From positions 43,338,001-43,402,000 of the forward strand of contig NC_091290.1 in the NCBI RefSeq assembly GCF_032444005.1: a stretch of 64,000 nt of DNA, written 5' to 3'. The number at the start of each line of letters is the position of its first letter. The stretch's first letter is position 1. The notes under the pieces were generated by a model. It made no database searches. It was not told the origin of the DNA and worked only from the letters and a program-made list of their open reading frames with translations. This document shows positions 35,380 through 48,100 of this stretch, in pieces. The translations under genes were made by a program, and so were the position numbers. This stretch comes from Ranitomeya imitator (lineage: Eukaryota).

Positions 35380-36668
35380 CAGCTCTGGCAAAAATTAAGA
35401 GACCACTGTTGTGAGTTCTGTTTTTGGGCTCCCTCTGGTGGTTACTGATGGTACTGGGTGACTTGTCTTTCCTGGGTTTCTGGGTTCCACCTGTTCCATC
35501 AGCATATGGGAGTTTCCTATTTAACCTGGCTTTGCTGGCATTTCCTCGCCGGTTATCAATGTATCCAGTGTGTCTTGTTTCCTCTGCTCCCTGCTCCTAG
35601 AACCTTCTGGACAAGCTAAGTTTGGATTTTCCTGTTTTGTGTTTTGCTTAATTTGGTTTTTAGTCCAGCCTGCAGATATGTGATTCTCTGCTGCTGGTTG
35701 CTCTAGTGGGCTGAAATTGCTTTTCATGTACCATGAGTTGGCACATGAGTTCAAGTAATTTCAGGATGGTTTTTTGAAGGGTTTTTCGCTGACCGCGCAG
35801 TTCACTTTTCTATCCTCTGCTATCTAGCTTTAGCGGGCCTCATTTTGCTGAAACTGTTTTCATTCTATGTATGTGCTTTCCTCTCATTTCACCGTCATTA
35901 TATGTGGGGGGCTGCTATTTGCTGTGGGGTATTTCTCTGGAGGCAAGAGAGGTCTGTGTTTCTTCTAATAGAGGAAGTTAGATCTTTGGCTGGAGCGAGA
36001 CGTCTAGGATCATCGTAGGCACGTTCCCCGGCTACATTTATTTGTGTGTTAGGTTCAGGGTCGCGGTCAGCTCAGGTTCCATCGCCCTAGAGCTTGTTTG
36101 TATCTGTGCTTGTCCTTTTTGTGATCCCCTGCCATTGGGATCATGACAGACCACCACATCAAAACCCTGTCATGGGCAGCCAAATCTCCAGACCTGAACC
36201 CCATTGAAAACCTCTGGAATGTAATCAAGAGGATGATGGATAGTCAGAAGCCATCAAACAAAGAAGAACTACTTACATTTTTGAGCCAGGAGCAGTGTGA
36301 AAGACTGGTGGAAAGCATGCCAAGACGCATGAAAGCTGTGATTAAAAATCATGGTTATTCCACAAAATATTGATTTCTGAACTCTTTCTGAGTTAAAACA
36401 TTAGTATTTTTGGTTCTAAATGATTATGAACTTGTTTTCTTTGCATTATTTGAGGTCTGAAAGCACTGTTTCTTTTTTTTTTTTTTTTGATAATTTTTCT
36501 TTGTCAGAAAAAAAATACTAAATTTATTGCTTGGAAATTCGGAGACATGATGTCAGAAGTTTATAGAATAAATGAACAATTTACATTTTACTCAAAAATA
36601 TACATGTAAAGAGAAAAATCAGACAAACTGATAATTTTGCAATGGTCTCTTAATTTTTGCCAGAGCTG
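35380..36668 (+). mobile_element. Paralogous deleted Tc1 element containing a solo LTR
   Basis: Same TIRs, TA TSD and flanks as 27452-27994. Confidence 0.9.
35407..36148. mobile_element. Solo LTR, 742 bp
   Basis: TGTTGTGAG...CATGACA termini flanked by a GACCAC direct repeat. Absent from the paralogous Tc1. Confidence 0.8.
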
Positions 36669-38004
36669 TAAACTGTATCACTCACTTTCCAGGAGAATTA
36701 CTATTCTACCTTTTATGATTAGAGATATATATCTATTGCTGAATTTCTCTTTCAGCCACAGTTTAGAGCCATTAAAGTACAGTCACTCTTTCTCTGATGA
36801 ACCTGGACCATACGATCTACAGGGGAATAGGTGACTTCCCCAATGGGGTCCTGTGCAGGAATGGGCCACTTACACCATTATATGAGTATTAGTAGTAACT
36901 GGCAAAATATGCTTGATTCACTATGCACAGACAGAAGCAGCATTGCATCATTCAATTAGCAAACTACCCAATGTATTATATAAACTTCGGAAAGAGAATA
37001 ATGCAATATTTGCTTGTAGCTGAACAATGGCCATATATATACTGCATATGATATATGGGGATGGACCAAGGTGTAGTTTTTCTTAAAGAATTTAAGGTCT
37101 TCGAATTACTCCTCTACTCCAACAAAAATACTCAGTTTTCTCCAATTAAAGGGAATCTGTCAGCAGGTTTTCCCCACATAATCTGAGAGCTGCCCAAAGC
37201 AGTAAATTAGACTGATTGGTTAATGATCATAATGAGATCAGATCCTGTCAACCTCAGCATCTCTACACCAATGCCGTACAAAATGCTGCTTGTCAGGGGA
37301 AGGTTCTAGAGGACGGTATGACCCCTAACCGTTGCCCCGGGAAAGGTGGCTAGGTTTGCAATATGCATACTCTCAGGCAGAACCTGTCTAATGGGTGCAG
37401 CCTCACTGCAGACTTTTCATTTTTGACTGGATAACTCCTTTGATAGAAATGACCCTCATGTATATATGAAAGGCACCTTTTGGGCCCCACTTGGATGAGA
37501 GACCAGGTGCAACTGCAATGTCTGCATCTACTTTTGTAATGACCCTGACACTGGCACCAGCACGATGTTCCTGAGACTGTGAGAGACTGTATGACACTTT
37601 TTTTACTGAATAATGTCACTACAGATAGGTTGACCGTGACTTATTAAGTTATTCCTTTTTAAGGGTCACCTGAAAATTAAACAATAGGTCACAATATTCT
37701 TTACCGGACTTAAGAAACATTCATTGTGTTGTGTTCTATTCAAAAAAGCATTGTACATGAAAAAGTTACAGGCGCCTAATGTTTAACGTGCATGTGACCT
37801 GTCAGAATCAATAGTTTTATAGGAGCGTATAAATTATCTAAAAACCCATTGTTATCAGTGTTAAAAAAAACTTTTAATCAACCTTTCTGCAAATTCAAAT
37901 AGTTTCATCTGTGAATCATTTGCCATCAACATACTGTGATATTTCTTGATATAATACATACTACATTAGGTTCTTTTTATTTTATTTATTTTTTTGAAAC
38001 AGCC

Positions 38005-39250
38005 TTTTGCTCAATTTCGAGCCATGGCGACTTGAGGGATGAACGATCTGTAGAAAGATGGATCTTGTGCAGGCCTAGATAGGTCCACAGGGGTTTTCTC
38101 CACCATTATCTTGATAGTATCAAGCCATCGAGTTGCTGGTTCCTTCTATTCTTCCAACCATAATGTACTTCTCCAGTGATTGCTCTCTTCATATGATGTG
38201 TCCAAAGAAGGCAAGTCATGGCTTGGTGATCCTTGCTTCCAGTGACATGTCTGGCTTTATTTTTTCCAAAACTGATTTGTTCTTCTTGCCATTCATGGTA
38301 TTGATAAAATGCTTTCTCAACACCACATTTTGATTCTTCTGTCTTGTTTCTTTATCATACAGATTTCGCATCTGTATATTACCACAGAAAAGACTAAACT
38401 ATGTATGAGCCGTGTCTTCGTCACAATCGTCACTACATCTTGAGTGATCATTAATCTGAGCAGGTTGAAGTACTCTTAGATTCTTAGGCTAGGTTCACAT
38501 TGCGTTAATGGGTGTCCGCTAGTGGACTCCGTTACAAGGTGCAATTGTCGCAATTAGCGCTATGTAATGGATCCGTTAGCGCACCCATTGACTGCAATGT
38601 GCTAACGGATCTCTAGCGCATCGCTAGCGCATGCCATTTTTGGCATGCGCTAGCGATGTCCTGTTAGTTTTGGACTGACCGCGGACGCTGCTTGCAGCGT
38701 CCGAGGTCTGTTCCTCGCTAGCGCAGATCGGGTATCTGCACTAGCGGGACCGCCAAACGCGATCTCTTTTGGGACATTGCGTTAGCGCAATCCGCTAGCA
38801 TATGCGCTAAACGGATTGCCCTAACGCAATGTGAACGTAGCCTTAGTCCTCATAGGTCCTCCTACGGGTTCCATAATAACACAAAATGAAGCTATGCTTA
38901 CATCTGTGGCTTTGTGGCTACATTACATATATCAATATTTTTATATTTCATGTTTGATAGCAATGCATTATTGTTAAAATGAAAACAATGGATACTTCAG
39001 CAGAATCTGTCCGTCGGGCTCCAGTTGCGCACTTTATATGATGGCTCCAGGAGTGTTTTCCATAAGTGAAGAAAACATAAGGCTGTTTTTACACATCCAA
39101 CATTCGTGAACCAAGTATGTATGTGATGCGTGGATTTCTTGACCTAAACCTATTAGGTTGTCCATTCCCTGACTGGGAATGTTGGGTTTGCAAAGCCGGC
39201 CAAAGAGTGTAAGTAAAAGCCAATTAAATGATCTCATAAAATTTCATTTA
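38005..39250 (-). mobile_element. Paralogous RTE fragment, interrupted by a MITE
   Basis: Duplicate of 29315-30204. Confidence 0.7.
38487..38842. mobile_element. Harbinger-type MITE
   Basis: TIR GGCTAGGTTCACATTGCGTT / AACGCAATGTGAACGTAGCC, TTA TSD. Empty site at ~29795. Confidence 0.93.
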
Positions 39251-39258
39251 GTCTTTAT

Positions 39259-39792
39259 TAGTTATATACTCGTTACTCGAGATTTCCTGAGCACGCGCGA
39301 GTGTCCTCTGAGTATTTTTTAGTGCTCGGAAATTTAGTTTTTATTGCCGCCGCTCAATGATTTACATCTGTTAGTCAGCATAATTTATCCCATTATCTAC
39401 CAATGTCCTTTTTTTGGGATGCCTAATCTTTAGCTTCTAGCAATTAAGATTTTATAATTTTTATAATTAGGTCCAATTTTTTGTGTTGTGTTTGTAAAAT
39501 GAATGTTTTCAAAATAGGAAAGCATGTCATTGTCATTTTTAATTGAATATTGGGTTGCCCTTTTCTGAAAAATCCATACTTGTAAAAATTTTAATTTGGC
39601 AAGTAATGGGATAAGTACATGTGGGGATTCCTTAGCAACCAGACAACCCCCACATGTACTTATGCTGGCTAACAGATGTAAATCATTCAGCTGCGGCAAT
39701 AAAAACTAAATTTCCGAACACTAAAAAATACTCGGAGGACACCCGAGCAGGCTCGGGAAATCTCGAGTAACGAGTATATTCGCTCATCACTA
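39259..39792. mobile_element. hAT-type MITE, paralog of 30213-30724
   Basis: GTCTTTAT TSD; left TIR partly deleted. Confidence 0.85.
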
Positions 39793-39887
39793 GTCTTTAT
39801 AAGAAATTATAACAAATGCTCTTTTATCCTTTGCCTCTCAGATATTCAGCAGATCCAAGAGGGGCCAGATAGCAATCTCCTCTAGAA

Positions 39888-41742
39888 TTTATATGTATAA
39901 TTGTCTAAGGTCCACTTCTGTCTGTTTGTCTGTCTGTTTGTCTGTCACGGAAATCCCGTGTCGCTGATTGGTCGCGGCCGCCTGGGTGTGACCAATGAGC
40001 AACAAACACAGTCCGGCTGCGAATTGGCCCCTCCCTACTCCCCTCCAGTCAGTGCCCCCTTCATACTCCCCTCCACTCAGCACCCACATAGCGTTTTAGA
40101 AGTCCGTTAATGGGACTGCGTTACACCGTGGCATAATGCGGTGTAACGCAGTCCGTTAACACTGCCATTAACCCTGTAAGTGAGACCAACTTTTTACTAT
40201 TGATACTGTCTATGCAGCATCAATAGTAAAAACATATAATGTTAAAAAAAATCATTATATTTTCACCTTCCGGCGTCCGTGGCAGCCCTTCCCACACCTC
40301 GCAATGCTCCGGTCCCAAGAATGCATTGCGGCAATGACCACAGATGACATAGCGGTCTAGCGAGACCGCTACATGATCACAGGTTTTTGCCACAAGGCAT
40401 TACTGGGAACGGAGTGTCGCGAGGAGCATCGCTAAACGCCTGGGCTGAATCCGGGGGACGCCGGAAGGTGAGTATATAACTTTTTTAGTTTAATTCTTTT
40501 TTAAACAGGGATATGGTGCCCACAGTGCTATTTACTATGTGGGCTGTGTTATATACTACGTGGGCTGTGTTATATACTACGTGGGCTGTGTTATATACTG
40601 CGTGGGCTGTGTTATATACTGCATGGGCTGTGTTATGTATTGCGTGGGCTGTGTTATATACTACATCGCTGTGCTATATACTACGTGGGCTGTGCTGTAT
40701 AATACGTGGCTGTGCAATTTACTATGTGGCTGTGCTATATACTACGTGGCTGTGTTATATACTATGTGGGCTTTGTTATATACTGCGTGGGCTGTGCTAT
40801 ATACTATGTGGCCTGTGCTATATACTATGTGGGCTGTGTTATATACTGCGTGGGCTGTGTTATATACTGCGTGGGCTGTGCTATATACTATGTGGGCTGT
40901 GCTATATACTACATGGGCTGTGTTATATACTGCGTGGGCTGTGCTATGTACTATGTGGCTGTGCAATATACTACGTGGCTGTGCTATATACTGCGTGGCT
41001 GTGCAACATACTACGTGGCTGTATATAGCAATCTAGGAGAAAAGGCGCCGCACAGCTGGTCCTCAATAATTAGCGGTAACTTCGGTGCATAGTAACTTCT
41101 CTAGGATCCGACTGCCAGGTAGAGGTGCACGCAGGAAACAAGTATAAACCACTGGCAATATGTAGAGAAAAGCGGCAACACTCACCAGTCTTGTGTGGTC
41201 TGATTCATTTATTGGAAGGGTGCATACACCGCATCTTCACGGCATCGGGATACAAACAAGGAAGGAGGTGAGCAGGATGTGACGATGGCCGTTTCGCGTC
41301 AACAGTAGCGCTTCCACGGGTCTCAATACTACGTGGCTGTGCAATATACTATGTGGGCTGTACTATATACTATGTGGCTGTGCTATATACTACATGGCTG
41401 TGCTGTATACTACCTGGGTGTGCTATATACTACGTGGCTGTGCTATATACTATGTGGGCTGTGTTATATGCTACGTGGGCTGTGAGACTCTTTCGCCCGG
41501 GGCCCTCAAAACCTGGATCCGACCCTGGCTTCACTGATTGGTCACACCCAGCTGGCCGCAAACCATCAGGGACAAACGCAGTCCGACCGCGAATTGGCGT
41601 GGGATTTGAACAACGCTTCGCTAATTGGTCACGCCCGGCCGGCCGAATCCTGTGTATTCATTGCATTATTCTGAAATCTTCATAAATAAACTACATACAT
41701 ATTCTAGAACACCCAATGCGTTAGATTTGGGCCACCATCTAG
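39888..41742 (+). mobile_element. Non-autonomous Helitron, same family as 5161-6748
   Basis: A|TTTATATGTATAATTGTCTAAGG start (TC in the paralog at 30820). 3' hairpin CCCAAT..ATTTGGG then CTAG|T. Internal 21-22-bp minisatellite. Confidence 0.9.
41030..41324 (-). mobile_element. Penelope-like pLTR fragment inserted in the Helitron minisatellite
   Basis: Minus strand: hammerhead-like motif, then AATAAA, then GGTGAGT. Interrupts the minisatellite. Confidence 0.6.
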
Positions 41743-42529
41743 TCTTTACTTAAAAGGTTATTTTCACTTTTAATATTAAGGGGCACAAGGCTCCCCAGCC
41801 TCCAAGGTTACTGTTTGCGGGGGAAGGGGGTATGGCGGTGAGCTCCTGAATGATTGACAGCTCATCTAAGTGGCATTGTTGAATCAGTTCCTCTACAGCG
41901 GGGGTGATTTAGTTTCCTCAGGAGCCAAGTGAGAGACAATAAGTATTGAGGGAAGGCTGAACTTATAGGCTGTAATTAATTCTGCTCAATATTAATATTA
42001 ACTTATTATTTCATATTAATATTAATTTTATAACTTAATATTAATCAGAATGAGCTATGATGTCTCACTGCTACTGCTAGTACAAATTACGATAGGGCTT
42101 ATGATAACATGTATTCTTATCTAAAGCAGCCAATCAGAACAATACAATTTGCTGCTTTTTGTAAAGTTATATACAGTACAGTATTGTACTGTTCCTGTTA
42201 TTCAGTCCTTGCACCTTGCATCAACAATGCCCCCCACCCACAATGATGTTTTCACAGCCCTCTCACATACACAGTATAATGCTCCAACAGCTCAGCCAAA
42301 GAGTATGATGCCCAATGATGTCTCTAACTGTATGATGGTCATTACAGCACACACACAGTATAATCCCACACAGTCCCCATATAGTAAGCTGTCCTCGGGG
42401 TTCCCCACACAGTGTGATGCTACAGATCCCCATACTGTATAACCCCACAGCTCCCCACATAGTATGATGTCCTCACGTTTCCTCACACAGTGTGATGCTA
42501 CAGCTCCCCATACTGTATAACCCCACATC

Positions 42530-43060
42530 TGAAACAATGATTTTTCAGAGAAGAAAATGTGGGTCCAATGTTATGCCAACATGAAACGAACCTGAGACTA
42601 TTCATGTGTGGGGGCTTTTCATCCATGGAGAAGGCTCATTCATAATTTTGCTTAAGAACCCTGCCATGAATAATGAATGGGATCTAAATATCCTCCAAGA
42701 CCAACTTCTCCTAATAATCCAAGGGCAATTTGCTTTTCCAGCCTGATGGAGACCATGTCACATGGCAAAAAAATGATAACTAAGTGGTTCAGTGAAAAAA
42801 AATTGACAATTTTTGGTCCATGGCCAAGAAATTCCCCAATTCTCATACTAATTAAGAATCTGTGGTAAATCATCAGTGTCTGGACAAAAAAATTGCTATA
42901 AACTACAAGCACTAATAGGCAGAAACTGATCTCCAGCATGTCAAGGACAACTGAAGCAGTTTTGAAACACTGTAATTATTGAGTCTTTGCATAAACTTGA
43001 TGAACAGCGACAAGCAAAAAGGTAACAATGTTTTGAACTTTTGAATTTCAGGCTCCATAT
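42530..43060 (+). mobile_element. Old Tc1 transposase remnant
   Basis: WPRNSPILILIKNLW resembles the WPxxSPDLNPIENLW motif. Confidence 0.65.
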
Positions 43061-43114
43061 ATCACCATTCACTACTGCTTCGAAATTGGGCCTACCATCA
43101 TTTTATATACATTC

Positions 43115-43985
43115 ATCTTGGCTAGAGCATCGCCTCTATGTAGCAGAGCCAATCAAGTTGTGTCAGCTTCTAGCCTCCCATGGAGGCTATTGAAGCATGC
43201 CAAAAGCAAAAAAAAAATGTTTTTAAAAATATGAAAAAAATAAAAAAGACATAAAAGTTCAAATCACCCCCCTTTCGTCCCATTCAAAATAAAACAATAA
43301 AAATGAAATCAAACATAGACATATTTGGCATCACCACAATAAGAATCATCTGATCTATCAATAAAATAAAGGATAAACCTGATTGCTACACGGCGTAGTG
43401 ATAAAAGCATTAAAAATGCTTATTTTTGGTCCCGCGACATTGCATTAAAATGCAATAACGGGTGATCAAAATAACTTATCTGCACCAATATGGTATAATT
43501 AAAAATGTCAGCTCGGCACGCAAAAAATAAGCCATCACCCATCCCCAGATCATGAAAAATGGAGACGCTACAGGTCTCGGAAAATTGCACAATTTTTTTT
43601 TTTTAGCAAAGTTTGGATTTTTTTTTCACCACTTAGATAAAAAAGAATCCAGACATGTTTGATGTGTACGAACTCATAATGACTTGGAGAATCATAATGG
43701 CAGGTAAGTTTTTGCATTTAGTGAATCTAGCAAAAAAGTCAAACAAAAAAACAAGTGTGGGATTGCACTTTTTTTGCAATTTCACCGCACTTGGAATTTG
43801 TTCCCATTTTCTAGTACATGATATGGTAAAACCCATGGTGTCGTTCAAAAGTACAACTCGTCCTGCACAAAATAAGGCCTCACATGGCCATATTGACAAA
43901 AAAAAAAAAGATATGGCTGTGGAAAGAATGGGAGCGAAAAACGAAAAAGCAAAACGAAAAACGCTCCGGTCATCAAGGGGTTGAA
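43115..43985. mobile_element. Fragment of a non-autonomous TTAA-type (piggyBac-like) element, right end
   Basis: Similar to the 46960-47600 subterminal region. Ends ...AAGGGG followed by a degenerate TTGAA. Confidence 0.5.
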
Positions 43986-44660
43986 AGGAACTTGTCAACT
44001 GATTGATGCTGCCAAAACCACAGACAGGATGAATCAGAGCCTGACTGCACAATTGTAGCCAGGTTTATTCCCTCATTACAAATTACAACATTACAAATAT
44101 GAAGTCCCGATTCATCAAGACCATCAATTCATGAATCAAGAGTGCTGATAATTGGAGTGTGGGTCCGTGCACCACACCAGAAGTCTTACATCAGTCCCTA
44201 ACTGGAGAAAGATTTCTGTAGTAAGGAATGCCACAACTGCGGCGTCACGCCACCGTACCTCCCCAGCTTCGTCCATTTTTGGTGGAGCTAGAAGAAACTG
44301 TATTGAAAATGTCATGAGACACAAAAAAGTCTGTTTCGGCAACATTTTGTGACTTTTCAATGCAATTGCCAAAATTACTTTGATGAATCATGACCAAATT
44401 TTCACACAAAAATTCTTGGTCTGGCAAGACTGCAATTTACTTTAATCAAATTCTTGTTTTGCAAAAAAATGTTTGTTTCAACTGGTGTCAAATTTCCCAG
44501 TAGAACCCTGCACAGGATCCAGCCTGTTTCCAGGACTGAGAACATAAAAAACTGTTGTAAGGTAATTTTTTTGTCACAAACTCACATGGTTGGAGAGGAT
44601 TGAATTAAACCAGGTATCAAACCCTGACTCTATTTTTCCCATGGTCTGAACACCGTGTTA

Positions 44661-45417
44661 GGCATGTCCCACACGTCAAGATAATTACGGTACTGGAAAA
44701 CTCGGTACCGGAGTTATCCGTGTCCGTGTGTCCGTGAGCTCACGTAGGCCATCCGTGTGGCACACGTGCGGCACACATGTGCCGCCTGTGTGCCAACTGG
44801 GTACCACACGGAGCGTGCAGGAGACAGCGCTAGAGATAAGCGCTGTCCCCTTCATCTGGTGCTGAAGCCGCCATTCATATCTTCTCTCCAGCAGCGTTTG
44901 CTGGAGAGAAGATATGAAAAATCCTTTTTTTTTTTTTCGTGTTTAAAATAAAGATCCCTGTCCCCAACCCCCTCAAACCCCCTGTGCGCCTGCCCGCTGT
45001 TAATAAAATACTCACCTGGCTCCCTCGCAGCGTCCTGTCCTTGCCACAGCTTCTCCTGTATGAGCGGTCATGTGGTGCCCCCCATTACAGTGATGAATAT
45101 GCGGCTCCACCCCTATGGGGGGGACAGCACTTACTGTAGCGCTATCTCCTGCACGGTACACGGACTGCACACGGACAGCGTCCATGTGCGGTACGTGTTT
45201 TACACGGACCCATTGACTTTAATGGGTCTATGTAATCCGTGCACTCCCACGAACACTGACATGTCTCCGTGTTTTGCACACAGACACACGGTCCGTGAAA
45301 ACACGCTGACATGTGCAGAGACACATTGATTTCAATGTGTCTACGTGAGTCAGTGTCTCTGGTACGTGAGGAAACTGTCACCTCACGTACCGGAGCCACT
45401 GACGTGTGAAACCGGCC
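44661..45417. mobile_element. Harbinger-type MITE
   Basis: Termini GGCATGTCCCACACGTC / GACGTGTGAAACCGGCC, TTA TSD. Confidence 0.85.
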
Positions 45418-45599
45418 TTAGGCACGGAATGTAGGTCGTTATGACACAAGAATTGGTGGTCGTCATCAAATCCAAGACTGTGCTTGTATCATTTATAAAA
45501 TGCATGGTCATTCAATTTTGGCATGGACTAAAGACCTACTCAGGTGAGTTCTTCATAAGTCCCTATGCAGGAATTTTTAGCCTTGCTCTTGGACTTTTA

Positions 45600-45990
45600 G
45601 GCCGGTTTCACACGTCAGTGGCTCCGGGACATGAGATGACAGTTTCCTCACGTACCGGAGACACTGACACACGTAGACACATTCAAATCAATGCATCTGT
45701 GCAGATGTCATTGATTTTTTGTGGACCGTGTCTCCATGTGCCAAACACAGAGACATGTCAGTGTTCGTGGGAGCGCACGGATTACACGGACCCATTAAAG
45801 TCGATGGGTCCATGTAAAACACGTACCGCACACGGACGTTGTCCATGTGCAGTCCGTGTGCCGTGCAGGAGACAGTGCTACTGTAAACGCTGTCCCACCC
45901 ACTGGTGCTGAAGCCGCGATTCATATCTTCCCTGCAGCAGCGCTTGCTGTAGAGAAGATATGAATAATCGTGTCTAAAATAAAGCTCCAT
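45600..45990. mobile_element. Truncated MITE of the same family, inverted relative to 44661-45417
   Basis: TTA|GGCCGGTTTCACACGTCAGTGG; reverse complement of ~45000-45417. Confidence 0.8.
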
Positions 45991-47712
45991 GTGCCCAAAC
46001 AATTGAAATTGTGTGATCCATGGCGAATCAATTTGCTGCAAGTCAAATTTTAAAAAAAAGGATATGCCAAAGCTGGTAGCTTTGAATTTGAAAAGATTGG
46101 TTTGTCACTATACCTATCTGTGCTTATTTCTTAGTTTCAAATTTTGTTTCATTGATTGTTAAAGAGAAAAAAAATGAAATGAAAGAGTGAAGAGCTGACT
46201 ATTACTATTAATTAATTACAATTTAACTTATTCTATAAACTGTTGACAACATGTCTCCGAATTTCGAAGAATACATTTTGTATTTTTTTTTTCTGAAAAA
46301 GAGAAATGGTCAAAATGGAAAAAAAACCTGTGATTTCAGACCTCAAATAATGCAAAGAAAACAAGTTCATAATCATTTAGAAACAACAATACAAATGTTT
46401 TAACTCAGGAAGAGTTCAGAAATGAATATTTTGTGGAACAACCATGATTTTTAACTCCTTAATCCCATTGGACGTACTATCCTGTCAAGGTGACCTGGGA
46501 CTTAATTCCCAGTGACTGGATACTACGTCCAGCGCGATCAGCTGCGCTCACGGGGGGAGCGCAGCCGGGTGTCAGCTGACTATCGCAGCTGACATCCGGC
46601 ACTATGTGCCAGGAGCAGTCACGGACCGCCCCTGGCACATTAACCCCCGGCACACTGCGATCAAACATGCGTTCCGGGGGCATACGGAAGCATCGTGCAG
46701 GGAGAGGGCTCCCTGCGGGCTTCCCTGAGACCCTTGGTACAAGGCGATGTGCACACCTAGTACCGAGCGTCTCCTCCCTGCAGGCCCCAGATCCAAAATT
46801 GCCACGGGATTGCATCCAGGTCCTGCAGGGAGGTGGCTTACCAGCGCCTGCTTGTAAGCCTGCTGATCTGACACAGTGCTGTGCAAATAAAAAAACAATA
46901 AAAGTACACATATTTAGTATCGACACGTCTGTGGCAATCCGACCTATAAAACTGTCCCACTAGTTAACCCCTTCAGTGAACACCGTAAACATTTTTTTAA
47001 AAAAACAAGGCAAAAAACAACCCTTTATTATCATAACACCGAGCAAAAAGTGGAATAGTACGCGATCAAAAAGACAGATATAAATAACCATGGTACCGCT
47101 GAAAACGTCATCTTGTCCTGCAAAAATCAAACTGCAATATAGCGCCATCAGTGAAAAAATAAAAAAGCTATAGTCCTCAGAATAAAGCGATGCAAAAATA
47201 ATTATTTTGTCTATAAAATATTTTTTATCATATAAAAGCGCCAAAACATAAAAAAAATAATCTAAATCAGGTATCGCTGTAATTGTACTGACCCAAAGAA
47301 TAAAACTGCTTTATCCATTTTACCAAACGTGGAACAGTAAAAACGCCCCCCCAAAAGAAATTCATGAATAGCTGGTTTTTGGTCATACTGCCTCACAAAA
47401 ATAGGAATAAAAAGCGATCAAAAAATGTCACGTGCCCAAAGATGTTACCAATAAAAATGTCAACTCGTCCCGCAAAAAACTAGACCCCACATGACTCTGT
47501 GGACCAAAATATGGAAAAATTATAGTTCTCAAAATGTGGTAATGCAAAAAAATATTTTTGCAAGAAAAAGCGTCTTTTAATGTGTGACAGCTACCAATCA
47601 TAAATATCCACTAAAAAACCCGCTATAAAAGTACATCAAACCTCCTTCATCACCCCCTTAGTTTTGGAAAAATAAAAAAAAATTAAAAAATGTATTTATT
47701 TCCATTTTCCCA

Positions 47713-48100
47713 TTAGGGTTAGTGTTAGGGTTAGGGCTACGGTTAGGGCTAGAGTTCGGGCTAGGGTTAGGGTTGGGGCTAGGGTTGGGGCTAGGGTTAG
47801 GGCTAGGGCTAGAGTTAGGGTTGCAGCTAGGGTTGGGGCTAGGGTTAGGGCTGGGGTTAGGGTTAGGGGTAGGGTTAGGGTTGGGGTTAGGGTTGGGGCT
47901 AGGGTTAGGGTTGGGGCTAGGGTTAGGGTTTGGATTACATTTAGGGTTGGGATTAGGGTTAGGGGTGTGTCAGGGTTAGGGGTGTGGTTAGGGTTATGGT
48001 TGGGATTAGGGTTAGGCGTGTGTTGGAGTTAGGGGTGTGGTTAGGTTTGGGGTTAGGGGTGTGGTTGGGATTATGGGTGTGTTTGGGTTAGGGTTTCAGT
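47713..48100 (+). repeat. Telomere-like (TTAGGG and variants) array inside the piggyBac element
   Basis: TTAGGG mixed with CTAGGG and TTGGGG hexamers, degrading to GGGGTGTG-containing units. Confidence 0.9.

Noticed and set aside
44040-45600. Cys/His-containing frame spanning the MITE (CHNCG...HFWW) and an IDGLDES NACHT-like string on the other strand
   Set aside because: About 11 stops in ~255 codons is near random expectation, and the supporting motifs are missing. A BLASTX would settle it.
47722-47979. (LG)n ORF; possible true telomere or fusion site
   Set aside because: It is a translation of hexamer repeats. The array is degenerate, single-orientation and embedded in a transposon.
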